From Puccinia triticina (lineage: Eukaryota): a stretch of 64,000 bases of DNA. Position numbers and translations under genes: made by a program. A model generated the notes under the pieces. That model saw nothing but the letters and a program-made list of their open reading frames with translations. It was not told the origin of the DNA and made no database searches. The stretch spans positions 1,302,001 to 1,366,000 of the forward strand of contig CP110440.1 in the NCBI GenBank assembly GCA_026914245.1, read 5' to 3'. This document shows, piece by piece, positions 1 through 12,376 of the stretch (the first letter of the stretch is position 1; each line of letters begins with the position of its first letter).

Positions 1-1511
1 GCTGGTTGGCATGTATTTTTTCCATAATCCTTTCCACTCCATTCTCCCATAATTTTTGATATCATCCATACTACAATCTAAACCAACAGATTTATTTTAC
101 ATCCAAATGAACTTGCCTTTTTAGTTTTTTCAAAAATCCAGAAATAAATTTTAGAAGCTTGTCCTCACCTAGGAGCAATCTCATTTTTTCAGTGCCTACC
201 ATGTTACTGAGAGTCAGTTAGAATTCTAAACATAGGAATCAATGCAAAACTGGAGGAATCCTTGCAAAATCTGTAGCGACTGAGGATTTCAATTTAGAGC
301 CAAGAAATCCAATCTTGGAGGCTCCAGATCTGGCTCTTCATGGTCTGTAAATGTTTACAGCAAGTCATCTACTACAGCTTACCTTGTGGTCCCAGGAATT
401 CTTCTGTGATTCTTTCAACATGTGTCCTCATTGAGATACCACGTTTTACTTGCCGCTTTTTTGATTCTGGTTCATCCAATGAAATCTTCTGATAGACCCC
501 ATCAACTGAGTTTGAATCAGAATAATCATGGAAACAATCTCATCAGCTCAGAAGTCATATTTCTGATTAATTAACTCTTGCATTGAGTTAAATAGCTCAG
601 ATGGCAGGATTTATCCAAGGGTTGAAACACTAGAAAAGGGCACTAACTGATTTCTTTAATATTTGGATCCCTGATGAAACCACTTCTGCATTCAAGGTGG
701 AAAAATATAACTGCTGGTAAAGCATATTTGATGAGATTCATTTTTGAAAATAGCAATTGAGCGTAGAATGATGAGGGAAGATCTTAGTGCAGTCCTCATA
801 TATACATCCTCCAATTTCAAATGAAAAATGCATCCAAATGTGTTGTACTGCTTCAAGTTTCAGCCATGATCCTCAATGTGACCAATTCACTACACAACTT
901 TGAAAACATTTATGCATACTGTTTTGACAGAATCCAAAGCACCAATCTTCCATGGTGCATCTGTGAGTCTGACTTCAACTCATGTTTCACAACTAAGTAT
1001 GCTCAAACTACCCTGTGTCCCCATTAAATCAGCTCTTGGGCATCTGTTTCCTTTGTCCCAGTGCCACGTTACAGTTGCTCTATAGAGGCAGCCAACCTTT
1101 AAAAACTTAACACTGCATGGGGCCACCATCCAATTCCAATCACAAAAGCATCCGATCACATGATTGGAATTCAGGTACAAAATGAAGCCTCTAGACTGTT
1201 GATTGATCTATTTTTCCAGTTTATGGTGTCTTGTTGGGATAAAAAAAGACAGTACAAAAGGATGTGTGTACAAGGAAGAGATGAAAAGAAGAGTGGGATC
1301 AAGAAACATTTGTGTCTAGCGTGATGATGGGTATGATGAAAGGAGGTCTCCTCGCATAAGTCGATGAATAACTATAAAATCGTTGTGGTATTTCCACATG
1401 AATAAATAGAGGGACGGGGAAAGCATCAGGGTTCCGCAGGATTTCCTACACCAAACAGTGAGAAAGGTTTATGTATGACAATAGCAGATGAGAGGACATC
1501 GAGAATCCAAG

Positions 1512-3645
1512 TCAAGATGATGGAGAGTGAGCAGAGTTTAGAGTTTCGATGACAGAGTTCAATGTCTCGGCAGCTTTGCGGCAATCTTCGAAAGAGGTGT
1601 ACATTGCCACCGGGGTTAATCGAAGCACGTCCGGCTGACGCTCGTCGCCAACGATGCCGAGTTCGAGCAATTGACGGGCGACATTATTCATGATTCCCTT
1701 TCCGGTAGGGACGAAGAAGAGCGAAAGCTGGGATCCCCTCTGAGCCGGGATTGGCGGAGTGATGATAGTAAAGCCAACTGTCCTGGCTCGCGACTTTTGC
1801 TGCTCGTTCAAGCTGTTCGGATAATCTGCGGCGTATCGTGGATCGACATAGCCCGAAAGTCCTTGTAAACACATCTCGAAATACCCTGTCAGATCCTCCG
1901 AGCGTGCCCGTAAACTGCTTATCCCTCCCGGATAACTCGCAAATAACTGAAGCGATGAATACAGCGAGATCACCGACAGGACGTCCGGGTTCGAATGGAC
2001 GAATTGACGCGCCCCTCGCACCGGCTCAAACTGATCTGGCATCTGGAATCGATTCACCGGATTGTGTCCGAACCAACCAGCCAAGCTAAGAACCCATCAC
2101 AACACAAACAATCAGTCAAGCCACCACTTGCAAAGTGATCACACAGGAAAGAAGATATCGAATGAGGAAAAAAAGGTGTGCTCACCGAGGGCGGCCATGG
2201 GCACCACCTAATTTGGTAGGATCAGAAGTCCATTTTTCGTGGACAAATAATCCAGCAATAGCCCCTGGTCCAGCATTCAAGTACTTATAACTGCACCATG
2301 CAGCGAAATCGACTTGCCAATCGTGTAGTTCGAGCAAGACGTTACCGATGGCATGGGCGAGGTCCCATCCGACTATGCATCCCTGCTGGTGTCCGGCGGC
2401 TGTTATTTGCTTGATTGGAAAGAATTGGCCGGTGTAGAACTGGACACCTGAGAACAAAATCAACGCTATCGACTGGCCCTCTCCTGTGGAGCGGATCCGT
2501 TCATGTGGGGGGAGATAAAGTACAATCAGGTGAGTATTGTGGTAAAGAGGGAAACACAGAAACGGAGGCGAGGTATGGACTGCTTACGGTTGATGGTGGA
2601 AATGATATCCTCTGGTCGGAGGGTGAATTCCCCAGGTCGAGGCAAGAGCGAAATAAGCGCATATTTGGGATCCAACCCGTGCATCTCAATTTGACTTCTG
2701 AAAGCATACTTGAATTTTTCATAGAGCGGCCCAATTGTTTAGAAAAAGAGGGGCGAGGAAGGGTTCAGTTGATGGAAGGGGCGTAGTGAGTTGCATAGAA
2801 ACATACAAGGTCAGATGGGAAGCAGTTGGCTTCGCAGAGGATTTTGTACCGCTCCTTCGTCGGCCGATAGAAGGTGGTCATCAGGATGTGCAAGTTGGTC
2901 GTCAATGAGCCGGTGCATGCTACTTCAGCCGATGTGGAGGCCCCTGATTATCCCGAAAGCAACGGGAATTTCCGCGCGGTACGCCTCATCAACAATAGGC
3001 AATGGTGGGGGATGCCTGCTCCACTGCACAAGAATGGCTTACCTACTAAGCGAGCCAAGATTGGATCAACGAGATCAGTGATGCTCTTCCAGTTTCTTCC
3101 TTCCGAATGAACAAAATGACCCTGAACAGCTCTGTAGGGGAAATAGAAAACAAGAATCAAAGCGATCAGAAAAAAAAAAAAAAAAGAGCACTGGCAGATG
3201 CTTGGAATTCGGGCAATTTAGCTCACTGGTCGGCCCAGATGTCTAGTTCAGCCAAGACCATCTCAGCTGTCCTCCTATTCTGCAATCCTAATGAGTTCCC
3301 GCATAGATATACACAAGAGTTGGCCTCGTCTTCCTCATTCTGTTCGTCATCTAGCGGAGCCGTCTGGTCGACTGATTCGGTATTATCAGGGTCTGCAATG
3401 AACTCTCGAGTCTTGGTCAGGAAATTTGTTGCTGAAAAGCACGCATTGTGAAGACAGACGAGATACATGCCTCGTTGGGAGCCCGATCTGGGTTCTTTCC
3501 TTGGTAATCTGAATTCTGATCGGAGGCCGCCCACACAAGCGATCGAGTCGAGATAGACGGCGAAGTTCGGGTCGGTGAGGGACAGGCAGGCCGAAGCGGA
3601 CAAACGGCGTGCCCAGATTGCACGATGGGCGGGGGTGGAAGACAT
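1512..3645 (-). CDS. BNA5: Kynureninase (PLP-dependent), multi-exon
   Basis: Exon translations contain [32 protein letters not shown]...[40 protein letters not shown] and [19 protein letters not shown] introns separate the ORF pieces; exact exon borders not fully resolved. Confidence 0.93.
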
Positions 3646-4493
3646 GTGTCAGCCTGTAGCTGTCGGCGGAGGGGTGCTGCGTGTAGGTCTGACTGTCGTC
3701 GTCGGCTCGATGGATGGTTATTGCAGCTTCGAAGGAGGTGGAGGGATAGAGGAAGAGGGAGCGAGGGTGTCGGTCTACAAAAAGTCTCTTGACCATTCTG
3801 AAACTCTCGGGTCGGAGTGGTTGATAAGCCATACACATAATGAAGTCTGCTGCTGCAGTCGGAGTATTCTGGCCGTTGGCTGGCAGCGCTGAGATTTAAC
3901 GGTGCATACATGCACAACACCGTGGTTGTGTGGCCGCACCTCGAACTTGCACCCTGCCCATCAACCCATCCGACTCCGATGGACGTTGGCCGCTGTCGTG
4001 TGCGGGCCGGTGGCTCGTTGAAGAGGCTGGAATCTTTTCCATCAAACGGAACACTCGCTTAATCTTGGACTCGCCTAAATAAACCCTTCAATAATCCATG
4101 CAGAGATTCGGGATCGATGCCTTCCCCCTGCTTCAATGTGTTTTGGCAAGTTGCACATATCTATTTAAACGATCCCTCTCCCCCACTCCATACGAGGACA
4201 TCCAGTTGGTGCCTCTCGTAGCACTCGAATGCAAGTTCCCAAGCAAGCAATAAAACCATTCAAAACTAGGCCACAAACGAAGGGGTAGGCCGTGCACAAT
4301 ACAAACGGGCTGGTTCGAGAAAGAAAAGAAAATCCTTGGAAAAAGAACAAACAGCCGAGATAGGATTAAAAATGTGAAATTATTACCGCTATCTCTTGAC
4401 ACTAGAAAAGAAGAAGAACACGCCACTTCCGCTGTCAGCAAATGAAAGGAGCCCCAAGATGCATTGTCTACCAGGCTTGCTTTCGAATTCACT

Positions 4494-7400
4494 TCAACTA
4501 CTTGATGGACCAGAATTGTGCGGTTGCAAGCTTCGGCTGGTCATGAGCAACCTGTGCTCTAGAGGGCTCTTTCCCATCAAATCTACAATATGTTTTTCTT
4601 GAACTACTCGGACATGTTTTTCAGCCAAATCTTGCAAAAATCCTTTGAATTCTTCTTTTGTCTCATCCGAAAGCAAGTCATCTCGAAGTTCGTTGTGTAA
4701 CTCTTGGTTCAAGTGGCCTTCCACTAGTTCGCTAAGGCGAATGTGCTTTTGCAGCACAAGGCTCCGAGAACAATCGGCAAAAATATCCCCCAATATCGAC
4801 ACTAAGTAGGTTGGTAAGTATAAAAATCCGGGTAAAACTTCTTCCTTCCACACAGGGTAACCATCGTTCTGTTTTTTTTTATCAATCAAGTCTAGCAATT
4901 TGTTCACGGTCCAGATCTCCTTGCTTGGCATCTTCTCAACCGTTTCGGATTTGGCCTTTTCGGATTCTAAGAGTCTCTCTCTGACCTTCTTCACAAGATC
5001 CTTTCTTTCCTGATGCGGGGTCATGATCATGGCATAATCTTGAGATAATACATAGGCACATAGGCAAATATATATATATATATAAATATAAAAGAAATAA
5101 CGTAAGGTAAACTGAGTCCGTAGCCAATTTTTCTTTAAATTAGCAGCATGACTTACAGATTCTATCAAGTACGGGAAAATTTTGGACAAATCTGTGAATA
5201 CGCCTTAGAAGACCTATCAAGGTAGCGGCGGCTCCTGTAGACATAGTTGAAAATTCTCTTTCCGTTGCGTTTCTCATGGCTTTCCGGATCGCTGAACTAT
5301 ATTGAAGGTGAATCATACTCTGGGGATGGTTATGAAGGTGAAACAACCGGAGGGCTTCCTTGACTGATGCATTATATTCTTTAATACGCGTTTTCATCTG
5401 GTCGGGATCAAGTTCGGAAAGATTTGCTTCCGATTCCTCAATTGTGGTCCTCGCATCTTTGAGTCTCGTTTTGATTTCCACATAAGACATGGGATCTGCC
5501 GACCTCACGTCGTGCAATGCTGCCGCCAATTCACGATCCCAGTTTTCGTGTGTTTTGCGTTGGATTTCTGAAGTTTTCCTACGTGCTGCCTCTACTCCGT
5601 CTTCCAAGAATCTTCCAAATAAACATATCTTGTGTTTGATGACATACGGTAAATTTGAGCGGAAGACTTCATAGGAAATCTGGAGTGTCACTCGCTCGGG
5701 TGAAATGACGTTGTCTGGCGACAATAAGTCCAAGAGAAGAAGTTCTTTGATTGATAATTGCCAGCATGTCAGAATTAGACACACTCGAGCAACGGAAACA
5801 TGTAATGGTTTGCTGCGGGACTCACTTATGTTGGTTAGCTGCGTTGGATTGGCGCGAGGCTGCAGGCTATACAGTCCTTTCGCAGGTTGAAAAGTTCTTT
5901 GGTGATGAAGTTCTTCCGCATAATTCATCAGCAGGTTGAGTTTATCTCGCAAGACTCTGGTTGCTATTTCCTTGCCATCCATTTTTACATATTTCCTTAA
6001 GGATGGGTCAGTTGAGACATCGTGTCCTTGAAGTTGAAGTACTTTGGCGTTCATGCAAGCCCGAGTTTGATCATCGCCAAATCTTTTCATCTCACCAGTA
6101 ATCTTTTTGATTAGCTGATAGTATTCGAACAGCCTATCGATGGGCAGCCCCTTCTCTAAGAATTTGCAAAGCTCTTTGTAAGAAAATAGCAAGGGTTGGA
6201 AATTTTCTCTCGCAGCAAGCATTTCCAGCTGTTCCCAAAAAAGACGGTCCTGTGCCGCCATGGTGGGTCCTACGTCGAGGCAAACCGCAATTACTGAGGG
6301 GCCATACAGTATCAGATTGATCAAAAAAATGTGAAAGAAAAAAAGGAACACGCACACTCAGACATCAAAATGTATTCTCGCCTGCAAGTATCAATCCAAG
6401 CATTCAAGACTTTGAAAGAATAATTTGCAATTCGGTAAGGTTCAGGGATTATTTTTGCAAGGATTTGATAGAAGCCTTCTTCTTGATTAAGGTCTGAATG
6501 AACACCCGCACAAAATGCTTTCAACCTTTCAAGTCCCTCTACGTCACTGCTGAAGAATTTTTCTATCGCAGCATCAACGGACTTAGGGAAACTTTGTGCA
6601 GTTTGAAATATGGCCATTGGATTGACTTTTCAAAACAGGTAAGATTTGGTCAGTGAAGACTGACCTGAGCCAGTTTAACTCTAGTAATAGTTCAATTGCT
6701 TCTGATAACTTACCCACTGACCAGAAATAATGGTAGCTTTTCATAACCATGGATACAATGTGAAAGTTGATTGCAAGCTCCACCGTTTCATAGTTCACCC
6801 GCAGGTCGTCACTTGTCAATTCGTCATTGGGTTCCATCTGGGTGTAACCCAGACGCTTCATCCTCCTTGATTCAATCCACTTGCTCCAGTTGTATAGCTT
6901 GTCGCGCAATCGACGGGCCGGGTCTACTCTTGCTCTAGTAGTCGAAGCTGATTTACTGAAGCTGCTATTGAGGACATATTTTGTCCACAATTTTTCTGAA
7001 TTGGCTATTCCGTAAACCCTGATTTCCTCCTGGCTGCTTACTAGATAAAAATCAGTTTTTGTCAGGTTGCAGACATCCAATCGATTGGGGAATGTTTCAA
7101 GTATAGATAAATAAAGCTTAGAGGATTGGCCTGACGTATTAGAATCCATAATTTGAGATGGCCTATAAATCATTTCGCAAGTCAGTCAGACCTTTTTATT
7201 CACATTATTGATGTGGTATTACGGAAGACTTGCCACCGCGGAGTCCTTTGAGATCTCCTGTTATTCTGCCAATAATCTTATGCATTGGTAAACCACTTTC
7301 TAGCAACCGAGATTTATTCGTAGGTGGTAGATCAACCCGAATTTTCTTGTAGAAGTCACTGACTGAACTCCAAGTACCAAGATCAGGGGAAAAAATCATT

Positions 7401-7592
7401 AGTTCAAAAAAAATTGTCTTCCCTGTTCCGCTCTAGTACTTCACAACGTGTGCCGCAATGCAAAGATGATCCTAGGTACTACCAAAAGAAGCACTCACTA
7501 ATCTCGTTGACACTCGGATCCTTTATGAATCCGCAGAAGCAACCATAACGAAAAATCAGAACAGCTGCCACGGCGTATCTTAAGAGATTCAT
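4494..7592 (-). CDS. Large multi-exon hypothetical protein with N-terminal signal-peptide-like segment (candidate secreted protein), paralogue 1
   Basis: ATG at 7592 gives MNLLRYAVAAVLIFRYGCFCGFIKDPSVNEI, then a GTGAGT donor. Long minus-strand ORF blocks (6583-7173, 6321-6617, 5140-6357, 4494-5189) are colinear with the gene at 25931-29082. Confidence 0.75.
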
Positions 7593-8135
7593 TCTTGAAA
7601 TTCAATGAGCGGTATGGAGGGGAAGAAATTGGTCTTGTGTCATTCAGAGCGACCGCGAAAGTTGGCTCAACGCGAGCTCAAACTTTACGGTGATATCCCC
7701 CAGTCTCAAAACAAATAGTTTCTCACAGTTTGCGCACCTACTCCTAGTCATCTATTTGTTCGAAGGAGAACAAACCCGCTGGTGAAACAGCAGTTCTTGC
7801 ATCGTCGTGTTTACAGAACCCACCCACAGAACCAATTACACTACCTTCAGCTTGCATGTGTATGTACTACATATGTATACTTGCAGTCGTGCACGACTTC
7901 AGAACATTTACAGTGGCAAGGCGTGTTTCACAGTTTAAAGCTTTCACTTCAAAAGCAGCCTGACTAGAAACAAGTTCCATAATGCTGAACTGAGGTTCCG
8001 GCGGAAGAGTATCATAGCCCACACTCTTCAGCGGAGACCACAGGCTTTGAGGTTGGAATTTGAAGTGCCGCGAAATTGGCTACATATGTAGCCTAAGCCT
8101 CTCGAACGGAGATGGGGATCAACCCCAACTTAACT

Positions 8136-8945
8136 CAGTCCCTCCCGGGCGGCTTCGCGCCCAGGAGGGTACCTATGTATTGGGATCGACCCCGCGGGCC
8201 CGCGTTACGCGGCTTCCGTGAGACGCGAGGCGCGCTTCGCGCCAGCGGCAGGCCGTACGTGCAGGCGCACACGACCTGCAGGCTCTCTTTTTCGGAGGAT
8301 GTCTTTTCTGATTTTTGATCCAGCAACATACTTTTCGGAAAGTGCTGTATGCAACGAGCTTTTCGCGCCTCCTCGGAGAGGCTTACGTGTACAGTTTGTG
8401 TCTTGGCCTGAGAAGAATGGGGTTTTTGTGGTATTTTGTGGTATTTTGACTTCAACATCCTGTAGCAGCTGTAGCACCTACAACAGAGCATCTTTTAAAC
8501 ATATAAAATTTGGGGGAGTGGAGCCTACCTTCTTGCCTATCATTACTAAAAAAACTATGTCAAAAGTGGTAATAATGAGGTTTACAAGTGTGTGTTTTAG
8601 CGCCTTTAATGAGGGTTGTGAAAGGGGTGTGATGGTGGTCTGCCCCGGCAAGCAGCCTGTGATTCCTGTGACATATTGGCCAAATTTACAAGTGATTTCA
8701 ACCTGGTTTATGGCTTTTTTTAAAAAAAAAAAAAAATTCAAAACATGTAGGAAATCGTCAGAATTCTGAAGGTGCCATTGGTTTCTCAATTTTTGGAGAG
8801 GTTGGGGGTCATCTGAGGGGTTTTATGGTTCATCCAGCCATTTGGCTGGTACTCCTCACGCAAGAAGCTCCACATTGCGTGCAAGTCCCTCCCTGGCGGC
8901 AGGGTGCTCGCACCAGCTCGCACCCCGCGAGCATGGGAGGGACTG
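8136..8945. mobile_element. Putative non-autonomous TIR element (MITE-like)
   Basis: CAGTCCCTCCC at 8136 and its reverse complement GGGAGGGACTG ending 8945; GC-rich subterminal hairpins; no convincing TSD. Confidence 0.45.
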
Positions 8946-9407
8946 GTGTTAGTTTGTGTATGTAAGTAAACTCCAACATCCAATCTCCAGCGGAGACTCT
9001 AATTGCTCACGTCCAAGGAAATTGATACTATTTCTTCAAAATATGTGAAAAAAATACATAGCCGCAAAGCCAAGCTTTATGCCTACATGTGAAATTTCAA
9101 GGCAGGTTGATTGGATTTGTGGTTTGGGAGTTACAACTGCTTCAAAAAGGCCAAAAGCCACCAAAAGCCTCAGCTCTCTGCTCAGGCCACGGCTCGACTT
9201 TGCTCACAAGCCCCTCTTTCAGAGGCTCGCTGCGCGAGGCGGCTTCGACGCGCCGGGTCCCCCGGAACCTGAATCACCCCGAGCTGGGTGCCCCCGTAGG
9301 GAATCGGGGCTTGCGTGTTAAGTTCGGACTTCCACCACTTCGCGGTCAGCGTGGTGAGTGCGTATGATTGCAGGGCGAACGCATCAACTCGACCACCACT
9401 TTGATAG

Positions 9408-11171
9408 ATGTCTTCTTCCTCACAACCGCCGGAAAAAACTCTCAACGAAACCGTGACCATATCAGAAGTAATCGAAAAACAGAGCGAACTAGAGGACGAA
9501 GCAGCCGAAGTACTACCGTTTGACATCACCAAATGTTCGAAGCCGGCCGGACACATCCGCCAATCGGTATACTCCTGCCTAACATGCAACCCGACCAAAC
9601 CAGAGCGGGATCATCTCCGAGCTGGTGTCTGTAGTTCCTGCTCGGTGAGCTGTCACACCGACCACCACTTGGTTGAACTATTTGTCAGAAGAGACTTCGC
9701 CTGCGACTGTGGTACAAATCGATGCAATCCTGGCCAATGTCTGTTGATCAACCATCCCATCGACCCGGTGCACCAACCAAACCCCAACAATCCTTCTACT
9801 TCGACCGGCTCTTCTAACCGGTATGACAAAAACTTTGATGGCCAGTTTTGCATCTGCGAAAGAGGTAAAACTTATGACCCTGAGACGGAAACTGAAGATA
9901 TGTACCAATGTCTCGCCTGTGAAGAGTGAGTATCTCTTCCCTCTGAGTTTTGCTACAATATTCTCAAATCAAGAGCAGGGCAATTGACCATAAGACCTGA
10001 TCGATAGTTGGAGACATGCCAGTTGCTTAGGACCGCATCCTGATCCAGACGATTGGGACGACTTGATCTGCGCAGCATGTGTCCAAAACAACCCTATAAT
10101 CAAATCCATGATGTTCAAACACGCCGGGGGAGAAGGGACTGGTATGATGTTGTGCAAAGACACAGGGACGGATGGATCTGATCGCATCAGTTGCTATGGA
10201 AAACTGCCGATGAACACGGATTCCAAGAAAGACCCCGCGTCAACTCGGACGGGCGCAGAAACAATTAATTTCAAAGATTCAGTGGATCAAACCGCTCAGA
10301 CAGAGACGGGAATGCAAGATGAAAAGAGCGACGACTCGGAAGCTAAGACTTGGGTGGGCGCTAGCTCCAATGGCCTCATCCCAACTAATCACGAGCCCAC
10401 ATCCAAAGAAGGCCCGCCAACATCTGCCGAGGACCTTGATCGAAACGACAAAAGCCCGAGACCTGTGAGCGCCGAGTCCAAAAAGAAACGATCATCCAGT
10501 GTCGATTTATACGAAAAGCCGACAGGTTGTGGCAAGAAACCAAGACTGGATGATTTCTCTGATCGCTCGATTGATTCGCAAGTGAGCGAGTGTCGAGCAC
10601 CATTCAAAAGTCCATCACAATCTATCTTGAACACGATCGACCCAGGCTTTTCCAACGTCTACTTGGCGGCTGGCTGGCGAGCTAGATGGTGTCATTGTTC
10701 CGATTGTCGCCAGGTTTTGGGCCGGTTGAGTTGGTTGATCGAGGAGGAGGAAGACGTCTGGGAACCTGGAGAGGATACTGATTCATGTTGAGTGTTTGAC
10801 TTCCTTGCGTTTTTCAAAAAGCCTTTTTTTCAATTTCACTAGTACTTTTTGAAATTAGACCCAGGTTTTTTTCTCCCCTTTCTTCTTGAATGGTTGATGT
10901 TGACAAACCCAACTTCTCTCTCCTGACTCGATCATCGATGAATCTCTCGACCCGGATAATAGTGAAATCGATTCATGAGTTGGGACTGGAAGCCTTAAAG
11001 ACACTACCTAGAGACCAACTAGTTACCGGCTTGAACGCCTACAACAAGCTCAAGGAACACATTCTTGAGTTCCTGAAGCCGTTTGAGTCGCAGGATTTGC
11101 TGGTCACCGAACAAGATGTTCGCCAGTTCTTCAACGAGACTAAGGCCAAAATTCAGGACAAAACTTGGTGA
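9408..11171 (+). CDS. UBR7/Mlo2-like zinc-finger (UBR box + PHD) protein, multi-exon
   Basis: RQSVYSCLTC...GVCSSCSVSCHTDHHLVELFVRRDFACDCGT, NFDGQFCICER..YDPETETEDMYQCLACEE, ICAACV, WCHCSDC, C-terminal YNKLKEHILEFLKPF..VTEQDVRQFF. Confidence 0.88.
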
Positions 11172-12376
11172 TCTTCATTGCTCACTTCCATCAACCTTTT
11201 CTATTGCCTGCAGTTTGGAAATTCCTTTTCTTGTTCTGAATACCTCTTTGATGCATATTATCCTGAACATTTTTTGTAACCTATCCATGTGTTGTGAATC
11301 CTAGAGAATCTACTAGTTTTGGTTTCCTGTATGCATCTAGAGGCTGAGGAAGTACCTGCAAGCTATCCCAACCGCCGGACATGCCAACCAGACATGCCAT
11401 CATCCTTTTCAAATCTTCCGTGCCACCATGTGTTTATAGTGGACCAGGCCTGACATTGGTTGTGCCACAACGTAAACCAAAAACAAATCTTGCCACCCAT
11501 GGGCCATTTCAAATCCACAAGCCCAGTGCAGATTGCAATACAAGATACTGGCTCCGACAAACTCCTCATGCCCCCCGCATCCGCACCCCCATGAACTCCG
11601 GGCCAGGCCCGCTCAGTAGTACTGTGCTTATGTAAACAGGCACTCCGACTTGATTTGGATGAGACCGCGGATTGGCCGAGATTGGCCGCCGGTCCGCCCT
11701 CTTGGACAACCATGTCCGACAAGAGGTCTAAAAGCCACCGACATCCTGCACCACAACCAGCACATCAGCACCCGGCTGCCCAAAGCGCTCGACCCGCTCG
11801 GTGGCGGCCGGCTCAGACGCGTCGCCGTCATCGGCATCCATTGCTGGTTCCCACTGCCAGCTCGGCTCGAGTCTGCACCGGCACCTCGGCCAAGTTCACA
11901 TCCATGATGGACCACGCCCTGCGCACCGCCCTCCACCACACCACGCCCAGAGAGCCTCTCTGGGCGTGGTGTGGTGGAGGGCGGAGCCTCTCTGGGCGTG
12001 GTGTGGTGGAGGGCGGTGCGCAGGGCGTGGTCCAAGTTGAGCTCTCCGGTCAGATAAGGTCACTCTCCGAAGAGATCTCTCTGTTACATAGTCTCTCGAT
12101 GGCCCGGCTGCCCATCATCGGCGCGCACGCGTGTGACACTGGGGAGGCTGGCGATGAGATGTCACAAGGTATGATGTCACTCACTGGCCGAATGACATCA
12201 TCGACTGATCGGCCCGGGGCTGCCTGGGGGGAATGCTGACTAATCAATAGGGTGCACAAGCTTTGGGGCACTCTATTTCCACGCGTCCCAAGCGGAAAGG
12301 AACCTGCAGCGAAAGAACCCCCTGTTGACCAGAACAACAACAAAACGAGAACCAGAGACACACATCAAGATTCAAA

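Noticed and set aside
1..1200. Short ORFs in CpG-poor sequence
   Set aside because: No recognisable motifs; likely decayed repeat or pseudogene
3412..3470. Possible GC-AG intron in kynureninase exon 1
   Set aside because: The best acceptor would shift the frame; cannot be supported without cDNA
8926..8947. Hairpin + CTGG|T resembling a Helitron 3' end
   Set aside because: It overlaps an inverted repeat of 8136-8146, and no family-type 5' end was found
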